From NCBI GenBank assembly GCA_051748045.1, contig JBNJGY010000054.1, positions 1 through 11,231 of the forward strand: a stretch of DNA of 11,231 nt, in the 5' to 3' direction. Under the pieces are notes generated by a model. The model saw only the letters and a list, made by a program, of their open reading frames with translations, was not told the DNA's origin and made no database searches. The position numbers and the translations under genes are program-made. Below are positions 7,178-11,231 of the stretch, piece by piece (the stretch's first letter is position 1; each line of letters starts with the position of its first letter). This stretch comes from Thermotogota bacterium (GTDB lineage: Bacteria; Thermotogota; Thermotogae; Petrotogales; Petrotogaceae).

Positions 7178-8674
7178 GTGATTTTTATTAATATAGATAT
7201 TAAAATGAGAAATATTACTTTGAATTATGGAAATCTCTCTGTTCCTTTCTTGAACTACTATTTGGAAAGACAAAACAATTATGATACTCATTATTATTAT
7301 TTCAAGGGTGTCAAATTCATTTATGATTCTGAATATGAAAAAGCTTTATACTATTTTAAAAAAGTCTTAGAAAATCCTTCGAAAACATATTTATATCACA
7401 TGGCAAGAATAAAGATGGTTGTTATTTATGATTTTTTAAAAGAATTTAAAAAAGCTAGTATCATTTCTCAAGGCATTAAAGAAGATATAAACAACATGAC
7501 AAAAAATCTTAGAAATTTAGCCTATATCGGAATTATGATTCATAAAATTGAAACTGGTGAATTTAGTGATTTTATAGATAAAATTCAAATAGATAGAAAA
7601 CTATATAATACTTATTCAAAGGCCCCCTGGGGTTCTGTTTTAGTAAGTTATTTTATAGAAAGAGGAGAGATAGATGAAGCGATCAAAATGGCTGAAAGTA
7701 CTTTTAAATATTCAAGAAAAGTCATTAATCCTTCTAATGTTATTAACTCTTTAAACAATTTATCTTGGAACTTGAGGTTTATTGATGTAAACTTATCATA
7801 TTATTATGCTAAAAAGGCCCTTTATTATTGCGGATACTATTTTGAACCAATTTCTAGAGTTTTTAACAGCTTTGATACTTTTTGGCAGGTTATAAGGGAA
7901 TATAATAGTGATGAATTGTTAACCATATCTGAAAGCATTAGAACTATAGAAAAAATGTATTCAAAAGATAAGTATAAAGGATTTCACAAAAAATATAGTA
8001 AGACTTTTTCTGAAGCTCGTTATTTTTCTTTCAATCAAAATACTAATCAATATAAAAATGATAAAAATCTTTTGAGATTTTTAAATAGTAAAATAACTAA
8101 TATTTCAAAATTTTCTCATGATAATAAATTAAATAGAGCTAATTTGAATAAAATTTTGAATGGTGATGTTGAAAAAATAAACAGTATTACTATTAGAAAA
8201 ATTATTAAAGGCATTTCTTTCAACAATTATTTTGAACTTCCATCGCCTTTAATAAATGAACTAACAAAAATAATTGTTGAAAATAGAGTCCCATATTACA
8301 AAAAAATTTTCGATAATGAGTTTTTGAAAGATATTTCTTTAATAGGTAATAAAAACAAACATATTTCTTATATTATAAGCAATTTTGAAAAGGCGAGGTT
8401 TGATTTAGGAGAAAAATTTTTGTCTTTAATAGATAATATTCCTGAGTTTTTGAGTCAATATGAAAAATTAAGTAACTCTCAGAAAAAACTCTTTGTATCT
8501 TTTGCTCGTAATTATATGAGATATATTAAAATCTCTTCTCTTATAGAAATGGAATATGATTTAAAAAATGATTTTTCATATTTAGAAAAAGAAAATGTTA
8601 TAACTACTCTTTTTTGTTATTCAAAAAAGAAAAGAAATAACATTTTGAATATTTTAAAATTTTTAAATATTTAA
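7178..8674 (+). CDS. TPR-repeat protein with an internal XRE/Cro-type HTH, putative transcriptional regulator (start uncertain: 7178 GTG, 7187 ATT or 7205 ATG)
   Basis: TPR-like helices (YYYFKGVKFIYDSEYEKALYYFKKVLE; YFIERGEIDEAIKMAE; NSLNNLSW...YYYAKKAL). HTH-like NISKFSHDNKLNRANLNKILNGDVEKINSITIRKIIKG at about aa 308-346. No signal peptide; basic; divergent from the operon. Confidence 0.72.
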   Translation: MIFINIDIKMRNITLNYGNLSVPFLNYYLERQNNYDTHYYYFKGVKFIYDSEYEKALYYFKKVLENPSKTYLYHMARIKMVVIYDFLKEFKKASIISQGIKEDINNMTKNLRNLAYIGIMIHKIETGEFSDFIDKIQIDRKLYNTYSKAPWGSVLVSYFIERGEIDEAIKMAESTFKYSRKVINPSNVINSLNNLSWNLRFIDVNLSYYYAKKALYYCGYYFEPISRVFNSFDTFWQVIREYNSDELLTISESIRTIEKMYSKDKYKGFHKKYSKTFSEARYFSFNQNTNQYKNDKNLLRFLNSKITNISKFSHDNKLNRANLNKILNGDVEKINSITIRKIIKGISFNNYFELPSPLINELTKIIVENRVPYYKKIFDNEFLKDISLIGNKNKHISYIISNFEKARFDLGEKFLSLIDNIPEFLSQYEKLSNSQKKLFVSFARNYMRYIKISSLIEMEYDLKNDFSYLEKENVITTLFCYSKKKRNNILNILKFLNI

Positions 8675-8697
8675 CCCTCTATTCTTGTAGAGGGTTA
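8672..8697. terminator. Hairpin between convergent genes, likely a bidirectional terminator
   Basis: TAACCCTCTA-ttcttg-TAGAGGGTTA, a perfect 10-bp stem with AT-rich flanks. Confidence 0.75.
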
Positions 8698-9777
8698 TTT
8701 ATTATTATTTGCATTGTTATAGTTGTTGTTAGCGAATTTTGGCCAAGATGTTTCTGCCAGTCCTCCGTTATCATCTTTTATTGCATAAAAAATTCCATCT
8801 TCAGAACCAAAGTATATCGTTCCATTTTTTGATATAGCTGGACTAGAGGATATATTCCCTCCTGTTTCAAAACTCCATTTTTTAGTTCCGTTAGGGTTTA
8901 ATGCGTATAGATGATTGTCGTATGAACCAACATATATTGATCCATCTTTTGCAAGAGCTGGTTGTGCGTAAATACTTCCATCAGTCTCATATATCCATTT
9001 TATTTGCCCATTTTCATCAAAAGCATAAAGAAAATAATCGTTATAACCTGCATATATTAAACCTTCTTTTGAAATAACTACTCCAGATAACATTATCCAT
9101 TTATCTGTATCTATAACGTTTTTAAGTGTTCCCCATTGGCTAATTGTATGTATTTCACCATTTGATGTACCAAAATAAACTTGTGTTTTAGTATCCAAAG
9201 ATAATTCACTGGTTAGCTGTCCTTTAGAATAATATATCCACCTCAATTGACCTTTTGAGTTTAAAGAATATATAAATCCACTGCTGGTACCAAAATAGAT
9301 ATTGTCTTTTTTATCTATTACAGGTGTTGAATAAATAAAACCATTCGTTAAAAATTCCCATTTAACTTTTCCTTCTTTGTCTATAGCATAAATAAATCCA
9401 TCTTCATTTCCTATATAAATTGTTCCTTTACTATCTATTGCAGGTGAGGTTGATATTTTTCCAATATTTAAACTCCAATTCATAAACCCTGTTTTGATAT
9501 CTATTGAATAAAAATGATCTTTACCAATATAAATATTCCCGTTTTTATCTATAGCTGGACTGTTTAACAATATTTCTTGGGTATTGAATACCCAGTTTAG
9601 CTTTCCATTTTTATTAATAGAATATAAAAAACCATCCTGTGATCCAAAATATATATTTTCTTCTGAATCTATCGCAGGATTTGTTGAAATGATATTCCCT
9701 GTATTGAAAGTCCACAAAGGTTCTGAAAAAATATTTAAACTAAATAATAGAATAAGATATAATAATATTTTTTTCAT
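8695..9777 (-). CDS. Secreted 8-bladed PQQ-like (BamB-like) beta-propeller protein; likely start is ATG 9777, not 9807
   Basis: AGGAG at 9786-9790 precedes MKKILLYLILLFSLNIFS (SPI signal, no Cys). Eight repeats of about 40 aa: W.F.T...I.SSPAI..DG.IY.GS.DG.LYA....G. C-terminal WPKF motif. Confidence 0.88.
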   Translation of the reverse strand: MKKILLYLILLFSLNIFSEPLWTFNTGNIISTNPAIDSEENIYFGSQDGFLYSINKNGKLNWVFNTQEILLNSPAIDKNGNIYIGKDHFYSIDIKTGFMNWSLNIGKISTSPAIDSKGTIYIGNEDGFIYAIDKEGKVKWEFLTNGFIYSTPVIDKKDNIYFGTSSGFIYSLNSKGQLRWIYYSKGQLTSELSLDTKTQVYFGTSNGEIHTISQWGTLKNVIDTDKWIMLSGVVISKEGLIYAGYNDYFLYAFDENGQIKWIYETDGSIYAQPALAKDGSIYVGSYDNHLYALNPNGTKKWSFETGGNISSSPAISKNGTIYFGSEDGIFYAIKDDNGGLAETSWPKFANNNYNNANNNK

Positions 9778-9827
9778 TTTTATTTCTCCTAGAATTTTAA
9801 TTATCATTTATATTATAATACATTTTT

Positions 9828-9859
9828 AAAAAGTGCAGACACAAATTAATGTGCCTGCA
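9828..9859 (-). terminator. Rho-independent terminator of the 424-aa lipoprotein gene
   Basis: Minus-strand RNA UGCAGGCACA-UUAAUU-UGUGUCUGCA (one G-U pair), then C-UUUUU; lies 18 bp past the stop. Confidence 0.8.
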
Positions 9860-9877
9860 TAGAAATTATTTAACTTT

Positions 9878-11152
9878 TTAATAATTAGAATATGAAATAT
9901 AACTTATTTCATATCCAGGTACAGGGTTAGAAATTTGATTTATATTTTCATTATTTGTTGATATTGCTATAATATTTGGATATAATTCCAAATCATTTTC
10001 TATCCAATTAGTATCCCAGCCTTCTAAAGAAGTTAATTCTGGTAATTGATATGTGTAATATCCAGAATCTTCCAACCAGCTTGTAGTAAAAGTAATTTCC
10101 CAATTAACTGTATTTTCAGAATTATAAAAATCAATTTCAAATAATCTCAGTTCATGGCCATCAATTCCAGAAGAATAATCATTCCATGTAATGATGTTAT
10201 TTTCTAACGTAGGTACTGACCAAGAAGGCGTAGGTAAAGAATTTATAGATTCTATATCTTCTGGGTCAGAGATGAATTTTGAATTATAATATTCAAAACT
10301 GTTTACAGTCTTTCCCACATAAATTTGATAAATATCATCAACTTCTCTAATTGAATCTGGAATTCTCAAATAAGTTTCATTCCACCAAGGAGAGTTGTAT
10401 AATATTGTAGAACCACCAATAAACAAGTTACTTCCCGTATAAGCTTCTTCTATAGTTGTTGTTGCCTTAAAGGTTTCTAGAGCAACTAAATCAGAATAAT
10501 TAATATTTACTTGAGTTTCTCCATCTATACTCACATCTCTATCTATATAAATTTTGCTATAGTCAGTCGTATTATCTATAGAGCTTAAAATTGCCAGGTC
10601 ATTGGTTCCTTTATAAAAACCATGTTCAACTGTTTTATTTTCAGTAGTGATTTCTCTTCCCCATCCATGTTCATCTCCATATAGATATGCAATCGTTTTA
10701 CCTTCAAACCCACTATCAAAAACCATATTTAACGTGGAGTCTAATGTATATGTGCTATCTGAAAAATATATTGGTATTAAATCTGAGTCACTTTGATTTA
10801 TATTAAAAATTTTGATGTCATGATTTTCCACATCATTAATCAAATATGAATTAACCAAAAAGATGCTTAAATTTCCAGTTGTTGATTCAGCGCTAATATT
10901 ATATTGACCAGAAGCCCCAGTAATTTTTTGCCACTCTCCACTGTTCCCATTTTTAAATGCAACGAAGTCCATATTTTGTGGTGTATATTCATAATAAGTC
11001 ATTAAAGTTATTTCTTTTGATAGCATAGATGAACCATTGTCGTCTTCAGTAGTTGTTGTATCATCATTATTATCCGTCTCCTGAGTTGGAATACAAGAAA
11101 CAAACAAAATTGCTGTTGTAAAAACTAAAATAAATAAGATAATTTTTTTCAT
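9878..11152 (-). CDS. Lipoprotein of unknown function, acidic and beta-rich
   Basis: Lipobox FVS-C20, then a D/T/N-rich tether (QETDNNDDTTTTEDDN). SD GGGGGAG at 11159-11165. Has its own terminator. Confidence 0.85.
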   Translation of the reverse strand: MKKIILFILVFTTAILFVSCIPTQETDNNDDTTTTEDDNGSSMLSKEITLMTYYEYTPQNMDFVAFKNGNSGEWQKITGASGQYNISAESTTGNLSIFLVNSYLINDVENHDIKIFNINQSDSDLIPIYFSDSTYTLDSTLNMVFDSGFEGKTIAYLYGDEHGWGREITTENKTVEHGFYKGTNDLAILSSIDNTTDYSKIYIDRDVSIDGETQVNINYSDLVALETFKATTTIEEAYTGSNLFIGGSTILYNSPWWNETYLRIPDSIREVDDIYQIYVGKTVNSFEYYNSKFISDPEDIESINSLPTPSWSVPTLENNIITWNDYSSGIDGHELRLFEIDFYNSENTVNWEITFTTSWLEDSGYYTYQLPELTSLEGWDTNWIENDLELYPNIIAISTNNENINQISNPVPGYEISYISYSNY

Positions 11153-11187
11153 AAATATCTCCCCCTTTATATTTTTGCCATGTAAAA

Positions 11188-11216
11188 ATTATACTCTTTG
11201 TTTGTTTAATATTCAT
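11188..11216 (-). promoter_or_regulatory. Possible promoter of the 424-aa lipoprotein gene
   Basis: -10 TATAAT (11188-11193), 17-bp spacer, weak -35 ATGAAT (11211-11216). The AT-rich background weakens the call. Confidence 0.3.
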
Positions 11217-11231
11217 ATATCATTAATTTCA

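Noticed and set aside
8695-8730. TTA/TTG triplet run
   Set aside because: Merely encodes an Asn-rich C-terminal tail; not a contingency repeat.
8695-9777. Calling the gene bamB or a PQQ dehydrogenase
   Set aside because: No lipobox, no bam gene context, and too short with no quinoprotein catalytic features.
9778-9807. Track start at 9807 (MIIKILGEIK extension)
   Set aside because: Contains the SD AGGAG; the signal peptide begins at 9777.
9584-9829. Plus-strand 81-aa ORF as a possible signalling-peptide precursor
   Set aside because: Mostly antisense to the propeller gene, with no SD and no N-terminal signal peptide.
1-11231. CRISPR array, tRNA/rRNA, IS or prophage genes
   Set aside because: No repeat-spacer pattern, no room for structured RNA genes, and no transposase or integrase motifs. 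The repeats present are protein-level propeller blades.

Overview
AT-rich (roughly 28% GC by eye) bacterial DNA made up almost entirely of cell-envelope genes. The protein families point to Thermotogota, possibly Petrotogales (inference). A tightly packed minus-strand operon (15-23 bp gaps, every gene with a Shine-Dalgarno, SD) runs from 6930 off the left edge. In order it encodes a putative outer-membrane/toga beta-barrel (534 aa), a 7-bladed beta-propeller lipoprotein, an Ig/FN3 lipoprotein, a fervidolysin-like S8 subtilase lipoprotein, and a fourth lipoprotein (partial, missed by the ORF track). A 247-bp intergenic region carries a good sigma70 promoter for this operon overlaid with palindromes. 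Divergent from it is the only cytoplasmic gene, a regulator with N-terminal TPRs and an internal XRE-type HTH. To the right lie a secreted 8-bladed PQQ/BamB-like propeller and another lipoprotein of unknown function, with terminators. The best candidate for an undescribed system is a regulated surface proteolysis/uptake locus (barrel + lipoproteins + protease + TPR-HTH sensor). No RNA genes, mobile elements or CRISPR arrays were seen.
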